A DNA stretch of 38,382 bases from Catajapyx aquilonaris (lineage: Eukaryota). The notes beneath the pieces were generated by a model. That model was given only the letters and a program-made list of their open reading frames with translations. It did no database searches and was not told the origin of the DNA. This document shows, in pieces, positions 1 to 12,284 of the stretch. The stretch covers positions 62,001-100,382 of the forward strand of contig KZ538265.1 of assembly GCA_000934665.2 (NCBI GenBank), written 5' to 3'. The translations under genes and the position numbers were made by a program. Position 1 is the first letter of the stretch. Every line of letters begins with the position of its first letter.

Positions 1-1302
1 ACTACTCGACCTCGCCTGTCTGCTTCTTCTTCAATGCCATCTTCATTACCTTCGGTGACAGTCCGGTCCAGGTGGATCTCATGATCTTCAGGTCGGTTTC
101 CGTGATGTCCACTGATGTGTTGCAATCCATTGTGACGGTAACCTTGAACCTCGAGGAAGGTCAGGTTTTGGAACTGGAGAAAATGGCGGCGATCCAAAAC
201 CACAGGCCCTGAGTCCGGGGATTGGAGCAGGGAGAGGGCCTGTGAAAAAGTTTACAGTTTGGGATGTCATCAGTAGGAAGGAGGAAGGATAGAGGTTGAT
301 AGAAGACAGAGTATCACCTACTTTTTTCAATCTGTGGCCCCCCTATTTCTATTTATTGAATTTAAAAATATTTTATCTAGAGATTTAGGAGTCATGCTAC
401 ATGCAAGCAAAACAACTGCTCTTACCTGTTAGTGACAGGTATTCATAACATTTTTACTTGATTAATTTGTGCATTAATCAGTGCAAGTGGCTCTCACTGA
501 TTTATTATGATTATCTTTAATGTACGCTTGATATGCCAGTTTGAGGTCAATAGTGATTAGCTGTTTGATATGTCACTCACAACTCTGGATTTGATTCCTT
601 AGTGTCGGCCAGAAGCTTGCAATTTTGGAGGACATAATTTTTATTTCAATTTAACCAGATCCAGGAGAACACATATTTTTGATAGTTTTGCAAAGAAACA
701 GTAAAGTCACCATACTTGAACATCACTAGGGATGAGATGCATAAGCAGGAGGTGGTCGCCGCCTTTCTCCAGCACACACGTAGCTGTTTTCAATTCCTCC
801 TTGGTTGGTTTTTCCACCTGAAATATTACGGTTTCTGTACACATTTGTCTGCTGCCCCTGAGCTGAGCTTTTCAAGTTGGTCTGTGTCTTGAGCCATATT
901 CCCATTGTTCAGGCAGCTGTCTTTGCTAATTTTACATGGTACTTGTACATCGCATAAAATATGAAGTCAGCACATCCATTGTATGTACAGAAGTAGGGCC
1001 TACTGAATTTATATTGAAAATGGTGCATAATGCCATTTGCTTTCGCTGTGTACTTAGATGCACTCTGATAAAATATTCCTCAATGTCAAATATGAACTAC
1101 TTAACTATTGACAAATGCGAACCTCATTGGTCTGAAGATAGGTGTGATCCTTGGGAACTTCCTGAGCAATCCACTTGTACACGGGGAGGTCCTTGAACTC
1201 CGATGAGTAGCAGGCACACTCCCGAGGGCACTCCGTGTTCCAGGTCCCTTCCACATTCCACACTGAATTAGCAACTACAAGCACGAGCACTACCAACTGC
1301 AT
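1..1302 (-). CDS. Secreted/membrane leucine-rich-repeat-type protein, 5' part (3' end runs off the left edge); nested antisense in a carrier-gene intron
   Basis: Exons 1302-1123 (MQLVVLVLVVANSVWNVEGTWNTECPRECACYSS...TNE), 817-716 (VEKPTKEELKTATCVLEKGGDHLLLMHLIPSDVQ) and 239-<1 (ALSLLQSPDSGPVVLDRRHFLQFQNLTFLEVQG...). All junctions are phase 0 with GT/AG and the frame is open to the window edge. Hydrophobic signal peptide, CPxxCxC LRR N-cap, and IPSDVQALSL / FQNLTFLEV LRR-like patterns. Confidence 0.75.
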
Positions 1303-1477
1303 CTTGGTGTCTCAGTGGCCTAACTGGGGGATGCACTTCATTAAAAAGAGAGAAGTGGAAGACACCCCTCCTTGTTTTATCAGTCCCCTTTTCCTGCTCA
1401 CTGGTCAAGGGCGAAAGAGATAATGTCACAATTTAGTTCCGTTTATGTTACAATTAACTGCAATTAACTCCTTGCAG

Positions 1478-2085
1478 ATGTGCCTGCAAGCGGGGCATAC
1501 TTTGCCACCTACGAGGGACTGAAGAGGACGCTGACTCCAGCAGGCTCAACTGGATTAAGTCCTGCCTTGACCATGTTTTGCGGGGGGATGGCTGGAATAT
1601 GCAACTGGGCCGTGTGCATGCCAGCTGATGTGCTCAAGAGCAGACTTCAAACAGGTAATGCATTGCTGCTGATGGATGGCACTGGGAGAAATTGTCATGC
1701 CGTTCACCCTGCACTTTTATACTTGACAAATGACTTGCCTGTCAAACGTACACTGAATACAGATAAGAACTTTTTTTTTCATCATGAGAGGGTGGAAGGA
1801 ACTTGACAAAAAAGTACTAGGCATGCATCTCCATCCTGCTGTGAAAGTAAATAGTACAATTTTTTTCTCTCTCTCTCTCTTTGTTTGCTGATGGCAGCTC
1901 CTGAAGGGACATATCCCCGAGGAGTACGAGACGTGTTCAAGGTCCTAATAAAGGAGGACGGCTTCCTTGCCCTGTACCGGGGAGTAATACCAGTGATGCT
2001 TCGCGCCTTCCCAGCCAATGCAGCTTGCTTCATGGGGTTTGAGGTGGCCATGACGTTCCTCGACTGGATCGCACCCAACTGGTGA
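1478..2085 (+). CDS. SLC25A20: Mitochondrial carnitine/acylcarnitine carrier (SLC25A20 / congested-like trachea), last two coding exons
   Basis: Exons 1478-1654 ([13 protein letters not shown]...[13 protein letters not shown]) and 1898-2085 ([14 protein letters not shown]...[24 protein letters not shown]...W*). Carries the mitochondrial carrier signature PxDxxKxR and the RAFPANAA motif typical of CACT. Upstream exons lie outside the window. Confidence 0.9.
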
Positions 2086-2933
2086 TTCCCATGCAAGCAC
2101 AACCACCACCATTCTTCATAGTGCCTTTTTTTGGAAGTAAACTCTCCATCCGATTGGGCTTTATTGCTGGTGTGGGGAGAGTTTCTGGTCTTTAAAAAAA
2201 ACAATGTAGATGAGATGTAATCAAAGGAAAGGAAATTTATTAATTGGTGTGGATTATAAGGGCTTGGGGTTAAATTCGCATTGTTTGTAGAGGAGGGATC
2301 AATCTATTGGCTGGTTTATTGGTGCAGAATTTTAAATCATTGCAAACTAAAAACAGGACATAACGAATGTGTTCAGTTTAACTTGAGTACTGTTACGCAG
2401 TCTCTTGTTTTTGGGACAACCAAGGAACTGTAAGATACAATTTAACTTGAGAAACTCAAATCTCATGGAACATGGACTTCTAGGTCAACAGTATGGTACA
2501 TTCTGGATGAAATACATTATTTTCCTTAGGGAACAACTCGACATCAGGAATGTCTGAAGGTACATGTGAGACGTACGTCTGATAACACTATTTTATGAGT
2601 TGCTGAGCATCTCTGCCGGTTAAAATATGCGTCCGATTGTTGCTCAAGAGAATACATGACAGATCCAAAGTGTAAATTGCAGCTCTTGCAAGTGGGTATT
2701 CGGTTAAGTTGCATTGCCCGCCACTTTTCAACACTTGCATTAGAGATGGCACTGCACTTCCAGAGTATTAAAAGTCATAAAGGAGTATTTTAATTCCTAG
2801 GGTAACTAATGTCAATATTCAATGTTTCAGAGTCTAATTTCAACGCTTGTTGATTTGTACACACAATAGACTTGTTCTGTATTCTAAATAGATGCATTGT
2901 AAATCTAGACGAATGAAACAAATCAGTGCATAT

Positions 2934-2983
2934 TTTATTGCTGTTGTAGTTTTATTACAAAAGAATTCTATACACAATTTATT
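2934..2983 (-). terminator. Three AATAAA poly(A) signals for ARPC4
   Basis: TTTATT on the + strand at 2934-2939, 2951-2956 and 2978-2983, about 400-450 nt downstream of the ARPC4 stop. Confidence 0.55.
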
Positions 2984-3379
2984 GTAATCAAGTACAGCTG
3001 ATTTTCAAGAGTGAAATTTTAGTTATATAATTATTTCAATATGTAAGTTTTTGCAGCAATACACATCAAGTCCCCTTTGACCCCCTTTAATACAAACAAG
3101 GCCTTGCGTCAGTACAAGGCAAAACAATTAGCCAACCATAACAATCAAACTGCAGTCTACTGATTGTGACAACACAAGGGGAGGTAAAAATAAATTCATG
3201 GAATGTCAGAAATGCCAAAAATGTTGAAAATTAATGTCACCATGCTCTCCACGTGACAGGATGAAACCAATATTCGAAGTGTGTTTTGAGGTTGCAGCAT
3301 TTTTGTTTTCTTGGTCTTTTGTTCTTGCTCGTTGACATATCAAAGTCTGTTTTGTTTTCATTTAATGTGGCAGTAGGTT

Positions 3380-4637
3380 TTAAAACTGGAAAAAAAAAAA
3401 ATCAATGTGAAAAACAAATTCTATTATTTTTGCCAGCATGCACACTCACCCTCTTGAGGAATTCCTCTGCACAAATTCGAGCCCGTGCATTGACAGCCAG
3501 CTTCATCTCGCTGATTTCCTTATCAATCTCCTCCATAAAATGGATCACAAAGTCAACCAACTTATGCTTGTACATCTGCTCCGTGTGGAAGTTGGTTATC
3601 AGGAAACTTATATCATAACCCTGTGTAGATAAAAAAAAAGTTGTCAGGTTAATTCATTTACAGCTTGACTGAAATAAGAAATGAACCTGTAAGTGGGATA
3701 TGAAAATTTGAAGTAAATTACATGAATGAAAATTTCCATACTTTCTCGAATATTTTACCATTCATTAAAATACTGTGGTTACATAGTTATACAGCATTAT
3801 GTGTAGGTCACTTTGTTTTTTTTGCATCTTTTCATACATTTTCACTGGTTCCTTCAACCATGGGGCCCCAAATATTCCCATATATCTTTTGGCAATATCG
3901 GATTATTTCATAAAAATTATGCAGTGATATATCTCGGCAATTCCCGACAACTAAACTTAAATTACAGCACACCAAATTTAAGTTACCTCAACAGGTTTTC
4001 TCCGCAGGACTATAAAATTTTCGGCACGCATCATCATGAAGCGCATGAACTTGTGGCACAGGATTTTCTCAATCTCATCTGCTTGCTTGATGGCTATGCT
4101 GATTCTCACTGAATTGATCGAAGCCTCCACCAGCACCTTCTCCTTTTCGTTACGACTAATCACCACAGGGGTCAGCAACAACTCTTTGCTCGTTCTAAAC
4201 GAAAAAGGTTAGAAGAATATTATTTCGCCAGATGGTTTTCCTTGAATGTTCATCATCATCATCTTACCTAACTTCAACCTCAGGCTTGTTGTGCCTTTCG
4301 ACAACCTGAGACGAAAAGTTCTCCAGGCACATGGCTGCAGTCAGTGTGTGCCTGACCGCTGTCAGATACGGCTTCAAAGTCGCTGCCTGTCAAACACACA
4401 ACAGGAATGGAACATCAGGAAACAAAACATTACTCTAAAATTATACCCATCAAATGCACACACAACAAAAAACGATCATGTTTCCCTCCCATGCACCCGA
4501 CTCCTGCCCCTAATTCCGATCGCAATTGGTCCACCCGCTAGCGGAGGCCTCGGTGCACATTTGGGATCGGATTGCGGGTAACGAGCACTGGAAATTGACA
4601 CTGAAAATTAAGAGTTTTTCAGCACCACACCCACCAT
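3380..4637 (-). CDS. ARPC4: Actin-related protein 2/3 complex subunit 4 (168 aa)
   Basis: Exons 4637-4635 (ATG only), 4386-4268, 4194-3987, 3620-3450 and 3385-3380 (TTT TAA), total 507 nt. Translation [40 protein letters not shown]...[13 protein letters not shown]...[24 protein letters not shown]...EEFLKRF matches ARPC4/p20-Arc. Confidence 0.97.
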
Positions 4638-4717
4638 GACTGCATCCGGCTTTTTCGTAGTGGGGGTGGGGGGAGGTGGGAAAGGNGAGGGGGAAGGCAG
4701 GGTTGCCGGATGTGCAC

Positions 4718-4729
4718 TGCGCATGCGCA
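4718..4729. promoter_or_regulatory. NRF1/Erect-wing-type palindrome in the ARPC4 bidirectional promoter
   Basis: Perfect TGCGCATGCGCA about 80 nt upstream of the ARPC4 ATG, in a CpG-rich region between divergent genes. Confidence 0.55.
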
Positions 4730-5649
4730 CCGGCTCTATCCCTCTTGAAAATTGCAATTACCAAGCAATTACGCATTATTTTCACACGTAGCAATGAATG
4801 TACTCCATATGAGCAGTTAAATCCATCACATTATGATCATCATAATGCGAATGGTTATCAGATGCGGCTGGCATTTAATAGTTATCAATCAGCTACCGGG
4901 GGTGCTAAAAGCGGCTTTTTTTTCGGAGCAGCCGCTGCGTTTTCCCTGCCCCCGTTCTCCTGCGTAACCTGGCAACGCTGTAAAAAACACTCCTGACGTG
5001 ACAGCAGAAATCCGAATTCCGAGCGTCATTATCACGGTCCCGTCATTAGGGAGATGTGTTCTCCTTTTTTATTAATTAATCATTTTTTCGGCTCGATTTA
5101 CATGGCCCGGTCGTTTACATAGCCGCACTGCCCGCCGGTTCTTCCTGCCTGCCTGCCTGCCTCATTCCTTCCATCCTCTGGCTCCAGCTCTGCCCACGCA
5201 TCGTGACACGGCAGCCGGGTGTCCGGATCCAGTTTCGGAAGGTGACCTGCCAGCGACAGAGGGACGGCCTTTGACTCGTCTAGTGTCAGGTCCACTGGAG
5301 ATATGTCGGAGGGTGGGTGAGTCCGGTAAATCAATTATTTACATTGAATTGGATGTTATTGGACGCGAAGCAGAAGGTTCATTCGATTCTTGGCCGGTAT
5401 GGCCTGGTGTAGCAGTGGTGTAAGAGCCACACAGTGTCGTGCACCGTGATGTCATTACACTGGAGTAATTGCGCCATCCTGTCTGATTTAAATGAATAGA
5501 CCTAGTTGTGCTGACATTGTTGATGGGCAGAGTTACGGTGGAAGCAGTTTTGAGTTGCCAGAATTCATCAGGGCCTACTCATTGTGAAGGAACATCAATT
5601 TTCTGTTATTGGATTTAGGACTTCACTAATATGTAATGGCGAGTTGGCA

Positions 5650-5903
5650 GGGCGACGCGGTGGCGGAGTGGTTAGTTCCGCAGCCTTCCACCTCTAAGGT
5701 CCCGAGTTCGATCCCCGGATCGGACAGAGGATACTTATGTGGATAGAGTTTCGATGGGTTCTCTCTGTGTTCGCGTGGGTTTTCTCGGGGTTCTCCCGTT
5801 TCCTCCCACTATCGAAATCCATCACAGCAAAGGCAATGATTAAAGTCGGTCAATTAAAAAGATGATCCCCTAAAGAGCCCAAGGAGGCTTATCATGGGGT
5901 ATC

Positions 5904-5960
<57 letters not shown>
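5650..5960 (+). mobile_element. tRNA-derived SINE with V-domain-like core and (ATT)n tail
   Basis: A box TGGCGGAGTGG at 5661-5671 and B box GTTCGATCC at 5706-5714. Core GCGTGGGTTTTCTCGGGGTTCTCCCGTTTCCTCCCAC resembles the V-SINE conserved domain. (ATT)19 tail at 5905-5961. 16-bp TSD TAATG(G/A)CGAGTTGGCA at 5634-5649 and 5961-5976. Confidence 0.9.
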
Positions 5961-5965
<5 letters not shown>

Positions 5966-6516
5966 ACGAGTTGGCATTGCCAGAGTTGCAGAGAAGAAAT
6001 CTAAAGGTGCGTAATTGCTGCTGTTTACTCTCTTGCTCCATTGTTTCCTCCAGACTGTAAGTAGGGCGGGCAATGACTCCAGAACATTCCTTCCGTGCAG
6101 CAGGAGGAAAATAGTAATCTTATCATTTGGCAGATTCCGCATGCCATTTCTGTGAATGAACTTGTGAAAAGGGCTTGTGCAATGAGCGTGGTGAAAATGC
6201 GGGATTAATGACAGAATGTGTGTGCGCGTTGACAGGTGTTAGTATGGTATTGACATCAAACAAGTTATTTACTTGAACTTTAAAATGTGCAGATTAAAAA
6301 GCATTGAAAATAAACTGCATGTGAGTGCTTTGTGATGCATAAACCACGAAATAGCCTATGCAGATATTATGTGAATGTCTTTTATAAACATGCCCGTTGT
6401 AGAAATGCTGCGTGCCAGCATTACTCCCTTACCTAAGTGTATAATTATGTATTACTTTAAAACTGTATGGTTTTCCCCCAGGCTCCCGATGAGTCTTCCA
6501 TGAACACTGGCGAGGC

Positions 6517-9500
6517 ATGGGCCGGAAAAGAAAGGGCAAGAAGAAGATTCGACATAAGAAGGAGTCAAACGAAAGCGAGAGGGCAGGGGAGGAGGAGGAG
6601 GAGGAGGAAGAAGAAGAAGAAGAAGAAGAGGTTTTAGAAAGTCACGTATTAAACAGCGAAGGCACCAAAGAACCTGAGCCACCATCAGAACCTTATGGAG
6701 ATCAGGAACAGAATGTTATGGATGGTAACAACAACATCGATGAAGCGGTGGGCCTGGACGTGGAGGCGGAGGTGGACGTGAAAAGGAGAGGAAAGAAGGC
6801 TTCCAGAATGGCTGCCGGAAAAGTCAGCAATGCTGATGATGGCAATGTTCAAGGACCGGGTGAAAGTGATCCTCTACAGGAGCAACGTACTCAGGGATGT
6901 CAAGGACCAAATATGGAGGCAGATGAGAAGAATGGGAAAGTAGCTAAGCAAGACAACAAAGAAAAGGTTAGAGTATGCGAAGATTCGAACCTCTGGAGAA
7001 TAATGCAGGCTTTGGAAGCTCAGTTCAGGAATGCTGAGCAGAGCCCAGACGCAGTGCACTACGTGTGCAGGGCATCTCCAGTGGTTTTGTTTGATCCAGA
7101 GTTTGATCATAGCAGTATGAACCTGCTTTCTGAAGAAGGGAATGCGAAGAGGAAGGACAAGGGCTCGAGAGAAGAAGAATCGACGAAACAAGCAACAGAA
7201 AGTGACTCTAATGCAGGAGTGACAGAAGACATATCCAAAGAAGGGATGAGTCAGAATGGAGAGGTGGAAGCAGAATGTTTGGATGCAGAGACAGCCTGCA
7301 GTAATAAAGAAACCATATCGGAAGATTTTTCAAAAACTAGTACAGCGACAGTGGGGAAGTCTGAAATGGAAAAGGAAAAAGACCACTGCCAACCTGATTC
7401 TAAGAATGCTGAGGATCCAGAATTTGCTGAGGAAGGGACAGGCACTGCAAAGGACACGAAACGAAAAAAGAGGAAGAAGAAGAAGAAGAGCAGGGAGCTG
7501 AAGGATGTGGCAACAGAATCTCCCAGTGCATCTCCAGACATAACAGCCAATGATGCACTTCTCTTGCGAAACACACATTCACCTCATCTTGTTGCAGGCC
7601 CTTCTGCAGAAGCAGACCTAATTTTGCCCAGCATGAATCTTGATTCTCCAACCTTATCGTCTACTGAAATATTGGCTGCTTCCCGTTGGATTCAGAGCAC
7701 ATCCTCTGACCTGATGAAGACCCTGTTGGAGTCCCACTGCAAGCCTGAGCCTGCCCCTGGATCCGCTTCCTCCACGAGCAAGAAGCGTGGAAAGCGCCAG
7801 CAGATGTCCCTGAGAGATGTGGTATTGGTGAAGATGAAGCCACCTCCATACAACCTGTACAATGGAGGAATTTGCTCAATGATTTATGACGGATATGGGA
7901 GCTACATAGGAGAAAAACAGCTGCTACATCCGACATATGCAGACAAGGCAGCACTACTTACCGTGCGCATGCAAGGCAATGGAAGGGTGCAGATGCACAA
8001 CCGGTCTGGATGGGTGGATCCGCCAGGGACCCGCCCCTTCGTGTATTACCTTCTACTGCAGTGGTTCATGAGGCTCATTGCATTTTCCTCGCAAGACGTT
8101 TATAAGGTAGGAGCACATGAAACTCGCATGATGAAACAAAATATGCCAGTTAAATGTTGCCTATAGATTGGAGCACTCGCCTTAACTCGTCTCCCTGATT
8201 CAGACATTTATTTTGTACCTTTACTCTGAACAAAGGTTTGGGTTTAATGTCCTGTTTAATTAATGTTTTTTTTTTCTCTCAAACAGCAAACAGAAGTGCC
8301 ATTTATGGTGGTAGGTCTGCAGCAAGGCCAGCTGCTGGGGCAATTGTGCTTGTTCTTGGCTGTGGCACGTAATCCTAGCTACAGGAGCAGGGATTGTAAG
8401 GGACTTCCCACAAGCAGAAGGAAACGTCCGACCAGCAGTAGTGATGGCTCAGATGGCAGTGGTGGGGAAGACTTTTCCTCCTTCCTGCAGATATTGAACA
8501 AGTTCCTGAAGGGTAATGACATTGGAAGTGTGCAAATTGGCGATGCCTACTTCACCCAGGAGCACTTGGAGAATTGGCGCTTTGGATATGCAGACCCAGT
8601 CATCGTAAGTGGGCAGTGATCTGCCTCTGTGTATTGGCATTAAGAGAAGTCCTGGGTTATCCTGGGGGTCCAAGGTATTGGAGAAGGGACACTTTCAAGG
8701 GAAACGGGGGGGAAATTGACAATTATAAGGAAATAGCTTAATCTGGATCAGATTTTTAAATTTTTTTTGCCATTCATTGTCATGTGCTGGTAGAAAGAGA
8801 AAAAAAAATGAAAACAAATCTAAGTGAGGTTGTTTTATTTCCAGGCGTCAAAGCATGTGGGAACTGCAGGAATGGGTGAACCTTTCAATCTGTCTACCTC
8901 GGAGTTGACGAAGCCTCTGAGCACCATAGTGGAGGTTAGCTGTGATAGGAATGCCGTAAAGAGGGTCTTTGAACTTCCCCTTGCCTTCTACTGGCAGCCC
9001 ATCGATTGTGGAGACCACATGGCTTGTGAGTTTGTCCTCTTATATCGCCCATATCCAATGAACAATCTGTATGTCCACAATAGATTTTGAAGGGAGAGAA
9101 GGGTATAATGTAGATGGTGTGTAAAAGCAATAGGGTTTAGTACTTTTGCTTCTTTATCACCGGGGAAGCACACTTCCATGTCAGAACTTGAAAAATCAAA
9201 GCATGATGGCACATTATCATGTGGATCAGGTTTATAAAACGGTTGCATTTTGACATTGCTTTCAGTTGGCTGCTTTGATCCCCCTTCCCCCAACCCTGAG
9301 TTAAAACTCGTGAGACTGAGCTGCCAGGAGTTTCTGAGCTATCGCACTATGGGTTTGTTCCTACTCAACATCTCCAGGCAAGCTCTGGATGTTGCTGGCA
9401 TACGAATGGTCCACACCCTGGTAGGTTCCATTAATATCAGTTGTTATTTCACGACCGAATTGACGTGATGACTACTTGCAGCCCCGAGGGGAAGATGGTT

Positions 9501-11892
9501 TTATTGGGCGCGAACCCTCAGTAATGATGTGCCTCAGGGGCTACCGTGCTTCCCAGGCAGCAGAAGAAGGTCCCAAGGTCCATGCACCTGACCTGGTATT
9601 GATGCCCCAACTAGAAAACACTGTGAGGAGGCTCCTAAGGATCGAAAATGTGGATAGCATGCTTGCCGAGTACTTTGGGGGACAAGTTCAACCAGGGTGA
9701 GGCCATTCGCACTTGAAGACTCAAGCTTGATTAGGAATTTTTATGACCTGAGCAAAATATTCCACGATGATTGAATATGATTGCACTTCTCCATTCTCAC
9801 ATGATTAATTCTTGTTCAGGTTGCTGCAAGATTGCCGCCCTTACCTGACGACCCTAACGTTTGTCCTTCCGTCATCATGTGTAGTATTCCTCTCCCCTCA
9901 ATGCCTCATGTGGCTGGCAACCCGTCTGCTCATGCACCTGCAGAGATATGGCTATGGGCTGATGGGCCTTTGCTGGCTGAAAGTCACCCCTACGGCTAGA
10001 GACTTGTTCAGTGAGTGTGGATAACTGGTCTTCTTTCCAGGTGCCATACGTATTTCTACAGCAATATGGATATTCTTTCAGAACTACGCAAGCTCAAATG
10101 TGACTCCAAAAGGAGAGTCATGGGGCTGCTTGTTTGCAAGGAGAATGCCACTTTTCACCTGGCAGCTCTTGTGGAGAACCTAGCTCACATCTTGCTGCAA
10201 GGGTGCCCGGAATCTGGTGTGTTAATGTTATCCAGTATATGCAATGGACATTTGTACTCAGGGTTATGGCTGATACTATGTCATGGGGCGGGATGGTTTG
10301 ACTCCCACGTTTGTAATGTTATAGAAGTTCAATCTCATGCTGAAGGGTAGACGCTCACTTTCCTGTTTTCCAAGTGTTGATTAATGGAGCAGGGGCCTTT
10401 AAACAGGACTGTTGTTTTTTTGTGTGTGCTCTGTTGTTATCAAACATGCCAAGAGAAAATTAGTCAGAAGTTCTCATTTATTAATTTCTTTCTAGAATTT
10501 GAGTCCCTGGGGAACAAGAACAAGCTGGAGTACATGGCATCTGGCATACCCTACTCTCCTGCGCTGCAGGAGGAAGTGGAAAAGGCTTTCCTTTCTGTCC
10601 CCAATTGGTGCAACCTACCAGACTGGGGGTTACCACCAAAATGTAAATATTACTCAGAGGGAAGTACCCACGTCGTTGTCATCTTCTTCACCACCCGTCA
10701 CGCAATACACGTCATGGGGGCTCTACTCAGTGAGTGTCTCGCATTGACAAATTATGTCAATTGCTCTAAACAGTTATATTGTAATAATTACAGTGTTAAG
10801 GATAGTAATCTAAGTACGAGTAATTACAAAGCTAGACTCAGGTTTAAAAAAAGTTCCAAATGACATGATCTTGCCTACCATTGTCATTGTAAAGGGAGTC
10901 AACACATGGGTATCCCTGCCCTGGTTCCCAGTTGCTGCCTTACACCTTAGGTGTCATACCTTGGCTGAAGTTTTTAAGCAAGAGTACCTAAATACAAGTG
11001 TTTGTCCTTCACCTGTTCAGGCTTGCCAGACTGTGTGTCAAATAGTTCCTACATGCCACTCCTGCTGCTTGAGGAATCGAAAGTGGCAAACGATTCAAAT
11101 GTTTGAATTATGCAAGTACTCTGGCACATGCACATTGTAAACTCTCTCATGCTTTTGTACTTACTGTTAGCTAATCAGCAGCATGCTTGAACATGGCAAT
11201 TGGAAAAATCTTGGTTTTTGCAAGGGAGTTTCCCACAAGAATGGTCCTAGTTCTTGTCTCCTATTGGCCAGTTGAGCCGAGGGAAGGGACAAAGGGCAGA
11301 GTTGCCTGTGCCAATTTATAGGTCAGGAAGATGAGGGGCAGGGATGCTGGTGTGTTGACCCATAACTTGTTTAGTATTTCTGTTGCTGTTGTTATTAAAC
11401 TAGAAAATAATTCACTATTCTAAATATAAACTGAGAGCCCCTTTCTTTGTGGTAATGTGATTTTGTGCTTTGGCAGATGACCTTCAGCACTTCAGGTCCG
11501 CTAACGTGATGGGGGTGAAGGTGCTCCCCCGTGCCACTGCCCGTCAGGCTGTGGTGGTCTGCCCACACGTGGCTGGTGGCACCTATTGGGGTCCTGCCTG
11601 TTCCCGCTTGACTGGTTGCACAATTGGGATAGCGATTGTGTCAGGTCCCAACCTATACTACTCTGCGTTAAGCCTCATTAATAAGGTTCCAATAAGAGCT
11701 TCGGAGCAAGTGGCAGATAGTCCAGCCCGGATTGACATTGTGGCCACTTCGACCCTGGAGTGGGCATTCCAGGCAGCAGCCACGTTCTTCCACCCAGAAG
11801 AATTACTGTGGAAGGGCAGGCAAGGGGAGGAAGGAATGAACGTCGTTCAAATACTCAGGTCGTGGGTTAGGGAAGTCGACACAGGGCGTTGA
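6517..11892 (+). CDS. ~1144-aa protein: acidic/disordered N-terminus plus degenerate nucleoside-diphosphate-kinase-like repeats (tentatively DNAAF8/Daap1-like)
   Basis: Exons 6517-8106, 8287-8604, 8845-9025, 9266-9420, 9482-9696, 9820-10010, 10082-10216, 10496-10729 and 11477-11892, total 3435 nt, all GT-AG with matching phases. NDK-like segments: LDVAGIRMVH...MCLRG, LQRYGYGLMGLCWLK...GLLVCKENA, VMGVKVLP...QA...IVATSTLEWAFQAAATFFHPEEL. The gene structure is well supported; the family call is an inference. Confidence 0.7.
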
Positions 11893-12284
11893 TTTCTTGA
11901 TGGACAATAGTGGTGAATCATGACTTGTTCCGTCCAAAATCTATGACTTGCTTGAGGTTGCCTATTTTCATACCACGGTTCCTTTAAACAAAGAATAAGG
12001 CAGGCAGGCTTAGACTGTGATCATAACTGGTGCCAATTAGAAGAGAGAGGATCCCATCAAAGCCTTGATGTGAATATTAATTTCTCCATGTATATAATTT
12101 TCCAATTTAATGAGAGGTGCTGCCAGAATACATTGGTTATTTACAACCTGGTTTTTCTGGTACATATGTGATCAAAGTGGTGCCAATTAAAGAAAGATCT
12201 CAATACACATCAGAGTACTGAAACAAGCCCTTTTTTTATTACTCTACATTAAGTGACCATTGTGCTATTAGGTGTGGGTGGTGG

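Noticed and set aside
88..330. 80-aa minus-strand ORF
   Set aside because: Wrong frame. The exon at 239-1 reads in a different frame as part of the LRR-type gene.
3145..3155. Alternative ARPC4 terminal acceptor giving FD...
   Set aside because: No polypyrimidine tract. The acceptor at 3386 has a T-rich tract and gives the canonical length.
6452..7954. Several antisense ORFs with poly-Leu/Pro/Ser/Phe
   Set aside because: Shadows of the purine-rich Glu/Lys-coding exon on the + strand.
12016..12200. Short imperfect direct repeat TGTGATCA..TGGTGCCAATTA, twice
   Set aside because: Only ~25-35 bp between convergent 3' ends, with no further structure to support a function.
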